A stretch of DNA of 64,000 bases from a virus. The notes beneath the pieces are model-generated. The model worked only from the letters and a program-made list of their open reading frames with translations, was not told the origin of the DNA and did not search any database. Within the stretch, counting starts at the first letter, position 1; each line of letters starts with the position of its first letter. Location of the stretch: positions 1 through 64,000 of the IMG/VR virus record IMGVR_UViG_3300045017_000165; one strand, given 5' to 3'. This document shows positions 1 to 8,685 of the stretch, piece after piece. The translations under genes were made by a program, and so were the position numbers.

Positions 1-1
1 T

Positions 2-334
2 AGTCCCACAGTTACTAGTACCGCCGCAGTTCCTGTTCCTGATTTAAGTTTAACAGTAACAACTGCGAAAGAGGCTCTTGAAATTTCTTATAACATGAAC
101 GTAAATAACTCGTCTTCTACAGAGTTTACGGCGACTCATATATCTGTAGATGGAAAACCAGCTTCGTCAGCGCGTATATCAAGAAATGCCATTACCTACT
201 ACTCTATTCATAGTGAAGAAATCATAGTTCCAGTGGCACCTGGAACACACAAGGTTGATATCTATTGGTTTGTGTCAGCAGGAACTGGAACTTCTCAGTC
301 TACTAATCGTTATTTAAAAGTTAAGGAAATCTAA
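2..334 (+). CDS. C-terminal part of tail fibre/adhesin-like protein (5' truncated by window edge)
   Basis: Frame is open from the window start. The C-terminus (PVAPGTHKVDIYW...LKVKEI) is paralogous to the C-terminus of 1411..3774 (PVSAGVHKVDMYW...LTVREI). Confidence 0.6.
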   Translation, partial: SPTVTSTAAVPVPDLSLTVTTAKEALEISYNMNVNNSSSTEFTATHISVDGKPASSARISRNAITYYSIHSEEIIVPVAPGTHKVDIYWFVSAGTGTSQSTNRYLKVKEI

Positions 335-335
335 T

Positions 336-707
336 ATGATAATGATCCAATTAGAATGGAAATCTTATAATATATCTCTCGCAAAGGTTGAGGAATGGAT
401 GCGAGCCAATTGTGGTGAGCATTATTGTGGTAATCAAGCCACTACTTGCCTCGAGCTTTGGTTTACTGAAGAGCCGGGTGAGGCGGTTCGTACTGCCATT
501 GCGACTTACTGGGACGAGATGACTGACCAGAGTGTAGAAGCTGCCGCCTATTTTAGCCAAGCCGCTGCCACAGCAGCCGAAAAAGCTGCACGCGAGGACA
601 TGGTCACCAAGTCATTCGACCAGCTCTCCACCCAGCAGAAGAAGATTCTCGCGCAAGTTGCACTAACCAATAGCGATTATCAAACTTTAATTTCCGTCTA
701 CTCCTAA
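336..707 (+). CDS. hypothetical protein, possibly tail fibre assembly/chaperone
   Basis: 123 aa ORF starting 1 nt after the stop of the preceding fibre gene. Function from context only. Confidence 0.45.
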   Translation: MIMIQLEWKSYNISLAKVEEWMRANCGEHYCGNQATTCLELWFTEEPGEAVRTAIATYWDEMTDQSVEAAAYFSQAAATAAEKAAREDMVTKSFDQLSTQQKKILAQVALTNSDYQTLISVYS

Positions 708-724
708 GTAAGAGGAACTAGCCC

Positions 725-1414
725 ATGAGCGTAAGCGGAACACCTCAAAAAAGAGCCGGACAACAAGGCGTATGCCTTGTTTACGCGCTCACCGATTTGG
801 AAAAAGGTATCCGCTACGTTGGCAAGAGTAGTAATGGAATGTATCGCCCCGTCGCTCACATGCTACCAAGACTCTATAATGGTCCCCTAAAGAAAACTCA
901 TTTGTATAACTGGATACGGAAAACTCTTTCTACGGGAGAGACTCCTCAAATAATCGTGGTAGAGTATTGCGGTAAGGAAAATCTTGCTGAACGCGAGATA
1001 TACTGGATTAAAAAATTTCGCTCGGATGGATTTGAGCTTTGCAATGGTACTAACGGTGGTGAGGGAACTTTTGGACGAAAGTGGTCAGAAGAGCGTAAAA
1101 GAAAATTCAGCGAATCAAGGCGAGGAATAAAGTTTTCTAAAGAGCATGTGGAAAAATTGAGACTAGCTCACATCGGTATCCCCTCTGGAAGAAAGGGAGT
1201 AAGGTCATCACCGTCCACAATCGAAAAAATTAAACTAGCTCAGGCGCACCGCCGAAAACCTATTATCGAGATGACAACCGGATTAATTTTCCAGTCTATC
1301 AGAGAAGCGCAAAATTATTTCAAACTGGATAAGCATGCTATAGTTAAAAATGCGCGTGGCTTAGTAAAAAATAAACTAGGACTAGAATTCAAATTTTTAG
1401 GAGATAACCAATGA
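725..1414 (+). CDS. GIY-YIG homing endonuclease with NUMOD3/NUMOD1-like DNA-binding repeats
   Basis: VYALTD...RYVGKS (GIY-YIG variant), REIYWIK, NGTNGGEG, and basic repeats SEERKRKFSES / SKEHVEKLRLAH. C-terminal IFQSIREA helix-turn-helix-like segment. Confidence 0.85.
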   Translation: MSVSGTPQKRAGQQGVCLVYALTDLEKGIRYVGKSSNGMYRPVAHMLPRLYNGPLKKTHLYNWIRKTLSTGETPQIIVVEYCGKENLAEREIYWIKKFRSDGFELCNGTNGGEGTFGRKWSEERKRKFSESRRGIKFSKEHVEKLRLAHIGIPSGRKGVRSSPSTIEKIKLAQAHRRKPIIEMTTGLIFQSIREAQNYFKLDKHAIVKNARGLVKNKLGLEFKFLGDNQ

Positions 1415-3774
1415 GTATTAGAACGCCACGGCTGGACTACATAGAATGTAACGCTCTGCTTGCCGGCTCCGTTATGCAGGCTCAGGGCTACACTAACATC
1501 GTATCTGCAAACAAAATATCACTTCCCGTAATTCCCAATCAGCCAGGTTACACATCTATTGTTAACCGCGCCAAAATTGTAGATCTAGCAAACGACGCTG
1601 GCGTGCGAATGGGTGTTGAGCGCATCATGACTCAACAGATCTACCCGTTGCAGGATGAGTTCGGTCCCAACGGTGAGCTTGTTCATGGCGTAGTAAACGA
1701 CAACTTGGGGCAGATTAGGTTTGTGGGAAGTTGGAGCAGTTCCAAGACTAGTGAAGGGATATTCAATGGTCCCGGCGCAAGCGGTGATTTTGTAGAAATC
1801 ACTTTTTACGGCACTGGATTAAGCGTTCTATTTTTAAATTATGCTAGTAGTAGAACTGCGTCAGTAAGTGTTGACGGAGGTTCTCCTAATGTGGTCACTT
1901 TGTCAACGACCTCTAGCTCTATTGTACTGACTGGTAGGGGCTATAGTCAAAATGTGGTGTATAATTTGGTATCCAATCTTACTCCAGGATTGCATACCGT
2001 AAAAATTGTAGAAAATACGTTTGAAATATATGGCTTCGAGATCCTAAACGAATCTTCCACTCTGAACGTTCGTCCAGGTACTATCTGTGGCAACAGCTCG
2101 AAGAACACATTGGCTGCTGCTCAGAACGTCGCCTATAAAACTGGATTTGATAATATCCTTGATGCCAACGTCGGCACTAAGGGCGGCTGCGCTCTGACCT
2201 ATATCAAGTCGGATAACACTTTTGGTAAAGCGTTTACCCCTACAGATGCTACCGCTCTTTACCTCACCAATACAAATCACGCCAATGAAGAGATTGTAAG
2301 AACTTACAACTGGAGAGAGTTTGGTTGTGGTAGAAGTGATGATTTTAGTACACTTGTCTCAACATCGAACAGGGCATTTACTATTGATGATGGTACAGTA
2401 ACTTTAATCTGTACTAGTGCGGCTAATTATACAGCGAAACGAGAGTGCTTTCTCCCTAATGCCAGTTCCGCATTCTGGACTTTTATCTTCGTAGGAACAG
2501 GATTGGATATTCTTGTAAATGATATCGGATCTGGAACTGTTGATACTAACACCATGTACGTTGATGGAGTATCGGTAGGGACCGCATTTTCAGGATCTAT
2601 AGTAAATGGTAGGGAGTACGTAGTTAAATTATGCTCTGGTTTACCATATGGAACGCATACGGTAAAAATTTTAAGAACATCATTTGCTGTGGGCTTTCCA
2701 GCTGTTGCTAATTTCATCGTCTACGCCCCCAAGACACCATCCTTGCCAGTTGGTGCGATTGAACCCGCTAAGTATTATGTCCTTGCGAATGCTGCAGCTA
2801 ACACAGTAGCAGGGCTAGAAACAATTAGTACAGGTGTGATCAGAAAAACTTGTCTTCGAGAATTAACTTATATCCAGGGAACAGGGGGATCACAGGATTG
2901 GATTGCGTCAGTAGATTTAGGCTATCTAAATGCTTCTAGTGTTGCAACCAATAGAACTGGTGTTTTTCGCTACACGTTTTACGGCACAGGATTTGATCTT
3001 AGAATTCGTTCTGCGGGCGACCAAACAGCAAGCGCACAGGTGATGCTACAAAGTTTGTCAACTGGGGGCTCACTGGTTAATTTGACATCAACCAACTTCC
3101 CCACAATGACAAGTAGTACTTATCAGTACCTTTCATTTACACCTTCAACCGGAATTTTAAACTGTAATAATGCTACCACTAATAATGGTAATGGTTTGGT
3201 GATTAAAGATCTTCCATTAGGGTTGTATACTGTACAGTTCACTAACAACAACGCCGCTTCCTATCTCAATCCGTGTTGTATTGACATCATCACTCCGATC
3301 CACTCCCCAAAGTCGAACTTCCAAGCGGATCTTCAGAACACTCTGCCAGTGGGCTCGAACTCCATTTGTGATCTTAGAACGTTCGGGCAGATGGCTGCTC
3401 AAGGCAAAGCATGGGCGCAGGCAGTTGGTATTGCAAGTAATCCTACAACAACATCATCTTCTTATATTCCCTGTCCTAACATGAGTGTTACAATTAAAAC
3501 TGGAAATTCCAGATTAGCTGTATCCTTTGTGTTTGTAGGGGGAGCGCATTATTCTGGTGCTACTTACGGTTGTAGAATTTATATTGATGGTGTTGCTGTT
3601 AGCCCAGAAACTAGAACAACTAGTGCACCAGGCGCACAAGCAACAGCAACACAAGTTATGGAATTCCCAGTATCAGCAGGGGTTCATAAAGTGGACATGT
3701 ATTGGGCAGTGTATGGTGGGGCAACACTAACTGCACAAGATACTTTTAGATCACTCACAGTGAGGGAAATCTAA
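1411..3774 (+). CDS. tail fibre/virion protein with repeated beta-sandwich carbohydrate-binding-like modules
   Basis: 787 aa, S/T/G-rich. Three repeats of F(Y/V)GTG(L/F)...L(T/P)xG(L/T)(H/Y)TV. Confidence 0.6.
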   Translation: MSIRTPRLDYIECNALLAGSVMQAQGYTNIVSANKISLPVIPNQPGYTSIVNRAKIVDLANDAGVRMGVERIMTQQIYPLQDEFGPNGELVHGVVNDNLGQIRFVGSWSSSKTSEGIFNGPGASGDFVEITFYGTGLSVLFLNYASSRTASVSVDGGSPNVVTLSTTSSSIVLTGRGYSQNVVYNLVSNLTPGLHTVKIVENTFEIYGFEILNESSTLNVRPGTICGNSSKNTLAAAQNVAYKTGFDNILDANVGTKGGCALTYIKSDNTFGKAFTPTDATALYLTNTNHANEEIVRTYNWREFGCGRSDDFSTLVSTSNRAFTIDDGTVTLICTSAANYTAKRECFLPNASSAFWTFIFVGTGLDILVNDIGSGTVDTNTMYVDGVSVGTAFSGSIVNGREYVVKLCSGLPYGTHTVKILRTSFAVGFPAVANFIVYAPKTPSLPVGAIEPAKYYVLANAAANTVAGLETISTGVIRKTCLRELTYIQGTGGSQDWIASVDLGYLNASSVATNRTGVFRYTFYGTGFDLRIRSAGDQTASAQVMLQSLSTGGSLVNLTSTNFPTMTSSTYQYLSFTPSTGILNCNNATTNNGNGLVIKDLPLGLYTVQFTNNNAASYLNPCCIDIITPIHSPKSNFQADLQNTLPVGSNSICDLRTFGQMAAQGKAWAQAVGIASNPTTTSSSYIPCPNMSVTIKTGNSRLAVSFVFVGGAHYSGATYGCRIYIDGVAVSPETRTTSAPGAQATATQVMEFPVSAGVHKVDMYWAVYGGATLTAQDTFRSLTVREI

Positions 3775-3775
3775 T

Positions 3776-4549
3776 ATGAGTACGAAATGGTTTGAAGATT
3801 ACATCCCTGCTCTAGTACAGGTGAACTCTACCTCTATTAAATTGCCTTCTGGTGGACATATTACTTTGGGTGGCAAACAGTATCATCTGACAAGCGACAT
3901 TTTCGCCACCCTGCCAACACTTGCAGCTTGCACCCTCTACATGGTCTACTTTGTAAATGGCGGCTCTCCCTCATTAGTCGTCTCCACCAACGTAAATTCT
4001 GTTGGTCCTGCGGGTTATTCAACTTTTAAGCTGGTCGGGGCATTTTACGCTAACGGATTAACGAGCGTTGGATTTGGAAGTTTTGTGAATTTAAATGGTA
4101 CTCCCACCACCAAATGGATGGGGTACACGCCATCAATAACTTCCTTATCCGGGACCGTCGTTAACTACACCACTAACTTCAATTATCGACGTACAGGATC
4201 AACCGTTTACATCAAAGGTGAAGTTTCTTTTACAGGTGCCAGTGGCACATGGGTGCAATTTAGATTTTCTCCACCTGTGGCTACAGTTATAACACCTGCA
4301 GAAGGTGCCGTTGGATTTTGGAATACTTTAGATGCGGGTGTCTTAAATTACGGATTAGGCTACGTATGGGAAGTTGGAAATGGGACACTCGGATTGCGAA
4401 CCCAATCCGACGGGGGCACAAATAGATTAACAGGGACAGAAACATCAAGTACCTCTCCTTTCACTTTCAGCACTGGCGATTTTATTTACATCTGTGAGTT
4501 TCCTTTGGCAGTACCTACGTGGTCAGAAACTCCCATCCAATTTTTGTAA
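3776..4549 (+). CDS. tail fibre-associated protein
   Basis: 257 aa, beta-rich, with a C-terminal YRRTGSTVYIKG segment typical of fibre tip domains. Lies in the fibre gene cluster. Confidence 0.5.
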   Translation: MSTKWFEDYIPALVQVNSTSIKLPSGGHITLGGKQYHLTSDIFATLPTLAACTLYMVYFVNGGSPSLVVSTNVNSVGPAGYSTFKLVGAFYANGLTSVGFGSFVNLNGTPTTKWMGYTPSITSLSGTVVNYTTNFNYRRTGSTVYIKGEVSFTGASGTWVQFRFSPPVATVITPAEGAVGFWNTLDAGVLNYGLGYVWEVGNGTLGLRTQSDGGTNRLTGTETSSTSPFTFSTGDFIYICEFPLAVPTWSETPIQFL

Positions 4550-4562
4550 TTTGAGGTAATTT

Positions 4563-5831
4563 ATGAGCGTAATCGGCAAGACAAACACAGGATTCGTAAA
4601 GCAGGTTGTCAAGGAGTCACGCTCCATAGCGAGGGTGGCGAAGAGCCTCAAGTTCGCTCACAAGGCTAATGCCGGCGAGACCTCGCTGAACCTGCAGTCC
4701 CTTAGCGCGCCTACGGAGATGATAGCTAATGGCTTCGTACAGCCTTCGGTTGCTGATTTGCTTGCAGCGAAGCTACTCACCAACCGCAACAATCTTAGAC
4801 TCAAATCTTCAATTCGTAACATTGAAGAATTCCTAGACTTCAAAGTTATTGACGACACTCTCATTCAGTTCATCTCCCCATTTGTAGCACTTCAAGATGA
4901 AATATTTACTGGTGTTATTAGTGACAACGTTCGCACCGGCTACGGTCTGCTTGATGCTGTACCGTTTGCTGTGACTGCAACTTTGGCTGAAGGTACTACA
5001 GACATTAGTCTTGGCGTACCTGTGCCAACATCGGGTATTTATGGGAGCCAGATCCCAAGCATCTTGGTAATGCGTTCAGGCGTGCCTATGGTGCAAAACG
5101 TCGGCAACTCGCCGAGTGGTGAAGGTAACTACTACCTCGTTCCGCAATCAACTGGCGGATCTTCTAGCCTGCTCCGCTTCAACGACGTTGGTGCGACGGG
5201 CGGCGAGCCGGTGATCATCACCCCGATCGGCAACATGCCGTTTCTTGGCACTGACTCAATGAACTCCGTTATGGAATCGGTGAACGGTGCGGTCAATGCG
5301 ATGAAGCCGTACTTGGCTGACGCTTGCGGCGTGGACACTAGCGCGTTCGGCAGCAACCCGAGCTACTCGGACCTTAGACAGTTTGGGGATACTGTTACAA
5401 ACCACACAGCAACGCTTGCGAATAATGAAACTCGAATCTCAGCAATTGAAAATCTTCCTTGGGTAACATTCTCTGCTGTGTGGAGAAATGGATCTGGTGT
5501 TCAGTTTACTCCCAGCGTTTCTTCTTTTGCAGAGCACGCAGTGTTAGGAAAAATTTTATATGTACACGCACGAATGATTCACTCAGGAGCGTTGGGTGGA
5601 AGTATACGTCTAGACTTACCCAGCGGTCATACACTAAGTACTAATTTCAATGATTATGATTGTTCAGGTTCTGTTTTAATTCGACAAAATGGAGCTGGAA
5701 CTTGGCCTGTAACAGGAGTCATGACTGGGAGTGCTACAGGGAATATCTTGATTGTCTTTCCTAATTCAGGTGATTTTAATACTGCAGCGGAACAGCGCGT
5801 AATGATTAATGCGATTATTCCACTACAATAA
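4563..5831 (+). CDS. virion/tail fibre protein
   Basis: 422 aa. Short coiled coil (TLANNETRISAIEN) followed by a beta-rich tip domain. Confidence 0.5.
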   Translation: MSVIGKTNTGFVKQVVKESRSIARVAKSLKFAHKANAGETSLNLQSLSAPTEMIANGFVQPSVADLLAAKLLTNRNNLRLKSSIRNIEEFLDFKVIDDTLIQFISPFVALQDEIFTGVISDNVRTGYGLLDAVPFAVTATLAEGTTDISLGVPVPTSGIYGSQIPSILVMRSGVPMVQNVGNSPSGEGNYYLVPQSTGGSSSLLRFNDVGATGGEPVIITPIGNMPFLGTDSMNSVMESVNGAVNAMKPYLADACGVDTSAFGSNPSYSDLRQFGDTVTNHTATLANNETRISAIENLPWVTFSAVWRNGSGVQFTPSVSSFAEHAVLGKILYVHARMIHSGALGGSIRLDLPSGHTLSTNFNDYDCSGSVLIRQNGAGTWPVTGVMTGSATGNILIVFPNSGDFNTAAEQRVMINAIIPLQ

Positions 5832-5854
5832 AGATTGTCGAATAAGAGGAATCT

Positions 5855-6883
5855 ATGAAATCTTCACTAATCAGCTCAACAATTCCATGGGCAAAGAACC
5901 ATCTCATCAATGGCGCGTTTGATATTTGGCAGCGTGGGACGAGTGGAACTGTGGTGGCTAGTACACCAACTTATTTTGTTGATCGACTTAGAAGTTATTC
6001 TGTTGGTGTGAATCATGCTATTTCTAGGGTTACTCCCATAATCTCCACAAACGAGTATTATTATAACTACGCTCTTCGTTACGCAAATAGTGTGGGAACA
6101 ACTGGAACTAGGCATTCTATTTCTCAAACAATGGAAGCCTTTAATGGGGCTAACCTTTACAGTAAACTCGCGACGTTCTCATTCTGGATTCGCGCCGACA
6201 AATCATACACGTTCGCGGCAAATGCGTGGAATGGGACGAAGATGTTTACCAAGAATTTCAGCGTCACCACAAGTTGGCAGCGTGTTAGCATCATCATCCC
6301 ATTCACTGAAATGCCTAATAGTTTTTCAGGAGCTTACAGCTATGACACGATTATTACTGCCAAGCCACTAAATCTTGGTGCAGATAACACTTGGAATATA
6401 GGTGATGTTTCTGGTGTTACTGGTACTACTTACGCGTTCGGTGCCACAACATCTGACTGGTTCGAGACTACAGGTTGGATGTTGAATCTCGGCACTGTTG
6501 CTGCGCCCTTCAGTCTCCATTCTATGGGTATCGGTTCTGAGTTCACGGAATGCCAACGATTCTGCCTAGTGCTAGGTTCGGGTAACGCTTTTGAAGTTTT
6601 TGGAAGCGGGTTTGCGGGGGGCACGTCAAACGCCTTTATCAATATTCCATTTGCGATCCGTATGAGAAGGGCACCTGATATCAGTACAAGCGCAGCTACG
6701 GACTTTTCGACCACTCATGCGGCAATTTCCCTTGTATTGGCGTCTTTCACAACACAAGCAAACGGAGACTTGGGTTGGTATTTTAACGGGACGCACACTG
6801 GGTCTGGATTTTCCACCAACGCAGCAGTTATTTTCAGGAACCAAACCGGAAATGCGAAAATCTATATTTCTGCGGAATTATAA
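5855..6883 (+). CDS. tail fibre protein (NxLINGxFDIWQRG family)
   Basis: KNHLINGAFDIWQRG motif, E..CQRF motif and C-terminal SAEL, all typical of phage tail fibre/CBM-like proteins. Confidence 0.7.
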   Translation: MKSSLISSTIPWAKNHLINGAFDIWQRGTSGTVVASTPTYFVDRLRSYSVGVNHAISRVTPIISTNEYYYNYALRYANSVGTTGTRHSISQTMEAFNGANLYSKLATFSFWIRADKSYTFAANAWNGTKMFTKNFSVTTSWQRVSIIIPFTEMPNSFSGAYSYDTIITAKPLNLGADNTWNIGDVSGVTGTTYAFGATTSDWFETTGWMLNLGTVAAPFSLHSMGIGSEFTECQRFCLVLGSGNAFEVFGSGFAGGTSNAFINIPFAIRMRRAPDISTSAATDFSTTHAAISLVLASFTTQANGDLGWYFNGTHTGSGFSTNAAVIFRNQTGNAKIYISAEL

Positions 6884-6897
6884 AAGGAACCATTTAC

Positions 6898-7632
6898 ATG
6901 AAAAAACTATTACTGATTTTAGCTCTACTTCTCGGCAGTACCGCTTATGCGGCGCCAGTTACTCCTGCTGATCTTCAGCGAGTAAAAACTGCTGTCAATA
7001 CTCTACCAACCGTTCAGATATTTATTTCTGGTTCCGGAACCTATACTCCAACTTCTTCATTGGTTAAATGGATTCATGTACGAATGATTGGGGGCGGTGG
7101 TGGTGGGGGTGGCTCTATGACTACTCCAACTTCTGGTTCTAATGGTGGTACTACCACCTTTGGTACTCTTACTGCGAATGGGGGTAATGGAGGTTCTACT
7201 GGGTCTAGTGCTACGGGTGGAACAGGTGGAACTGGAACTATTGGATCTGGTTGGACAGGATTTTCTATTCAAGGTGCAAGAGGATGTCATCCTGCCTATG
7301 TTGCAGTTGCCAATTTAACTTTATCTGGATCTTGTGGAGGAAGTTCTCCTTTTGGTGGAGCTGGTTCTGGCTTTAATGGACTTCAGTGGGGTGGATCTTC
7401 TGCTTCAGGCAATTCTGGTTCTGGAGGAGCAGGAGGAATATATAGTAGTGGCGGTTATGGCGGTGGAGGTGGTGGTTCAGGGGGCTACATTGATGCCTAT
7501 AATTTTTCTCCTTTAGCATATTCTTACTCAGTAGGGGGCGGTGGTTCTGGAGGAACATCAGGTTTAGGTGCAGGATATCCAGGATCTAATGGTGGAAGTG
7601 GTATTATTATTGTCGAGGAACACTACAAATGA
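6898..7632 (+). CDS. glycine-rich domain protein (fibre tip/adhesin-like) with signal-peptide-like N-terminus
   Basis: FISGSGTYT...GGGGGGG...GGSGIIIVEE glycine-rich domain. N-terminus MKKLLLILALLLGSTAYA. Confidence 0.65.
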   Translation: MKKLLLILALLLGSTAYAAPVTPADLQRVKTAVNTLPTVQIFISGSGTYTPTSSLVKWIHVRMIGGGGGGGGSMTTPTSGSNGGTTTFGTLTANGGNGGSTGSSATGGTGGTGTIGSGWTGFSIQGARGCHPAYVAVANLTLSGSCGGSSPFGGAGSGFNGLQWGGSSASGNSGSGGAGGIYSSGGYGGGGGGSGGYIDAYNFSPLAYSYSVGGGGSGGTSGLGAGYPGSNGGSGIIIVEEHYK

Positions 7633-7832
7633 AATCTTCTCTAATCGAATCATCAATCCCTTGGGCAAAGAACTACTTCATTAACGGTGCCTTTGACCTT
7701 TGGCAGCGTGGTACGAGTGGAACTGCCGCTGCAGTTTGTACTCGATGGGTATCCGTTTCTTGGGTAGCTACTGGAACTGATGGTGCGGGTGGTTTAGGAA
7801 ATGGGCAATGGTCTGCTGAAGCTAAATTATGA
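7629..7832 (+). pseudogene. internally deleted paralog of 5855..6883
   Basis: First ~32 aa nearly identical to 5855..6883, but only 67 aa long. Ends in WSAEAKL, similar to the paralog's ISAEL. Confidence 0.6.
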
Positions 7833-7978
7833 TTCTTTCTATTCTCTTAATTATTCTTGTAGCTGTTGCTAGTGCCTTCATGGTGCATTAGCCACTGGAA
7901 GTCAATGGTACTACTTCAATGGGTCTAGTTGGGTTTTATTTACCCCTGGAATAGAATTGAAGAAAGTAATCTTTATAA

Positions 7979-8623
7979 ATGAAAACTAAACTCCAACTAT
8001 TAATTCAAGCGTGCATTAATTCTTACAACGGTAAGCATGGAGTAGTTCGTAAGGTATTTGATTCTGAGGAAAATTTTGAAGTAAATTCCTCGCAAGGATT
8101 TATTGGTAGGCTTGGTGAAAAGACCTACCTTATTTTTAGAGGTTCGGACGAGTTTGAAGACTGGAAACAAAATTTTCAGTTTAAAAAAGTGATGGCTCCT
8201 TTTTTCCATAATGACAACAATTCTCTAGTACATGAGGGGTTCTTACACTCCTATCTGAATATCCGTGACATTATCCTCAATAAGTTTAAAAACTTTGACG
8301 GATTAATTATAGCTGGGCACTCTCTTGGTGGAGCGCTTGCAACTCTGTGTGCGGTTGATCCATTGATTAACCTCACAAATGTAAGTTGCACTATTTTTGG
8401 TGCTCCGAGAGTAGGAAACCCGCACTTTGTTAAACTGTACGATCAGAAGATCCCTAGCACTCTTCGCGTAGTTTACGGCGGCGATCCAGTACCACAGGTC
8501 CCAATGCGTAGTCTTGGTTTCATGCACGTAGGCAAAGAATTTCATATCGGTCCGAAGTCTAAATTACCTAATCCTATTGACCATATGCCGCAGAAGTATC
8601 TCGAAGCTTTGAGTAAGCTTTAG
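7979..8623 (+). CDS. lipase, class 3 (alpha/beta hydrolase)
   Basis: FRGS, VHEGF, GHSLGGALA nucleophile elbow, FGAPRVGN, DPVPQVP and catalytic His (DH). Confidence 0.9.
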   Translation: MKTKLQLLIQACINSYNGKHGVVRKVFDSEENFEVNSSQGFIGRLGEKTYLIFRGSDEFEDWKQNFQFKKVMAPFFHNDNNSLVHEGFLHSYLNIRDIILNKFKNFDGLIIAGHSLGGALATLCAVDPLINLTNVSCTIFGAPRVGNPHFVKLYDQKIPSTLRVVYGGDPVPQVPMRSLGFMHVGKEFHIGPKSKLPNPIDHMPQKYLEALSKL

Positions 8624-8685
8624 TTTCAGCGTAGTTGTAGGGCACCTGTGTTCAAGCTATAATCTAATCCTACTGCGGGGGTTAA

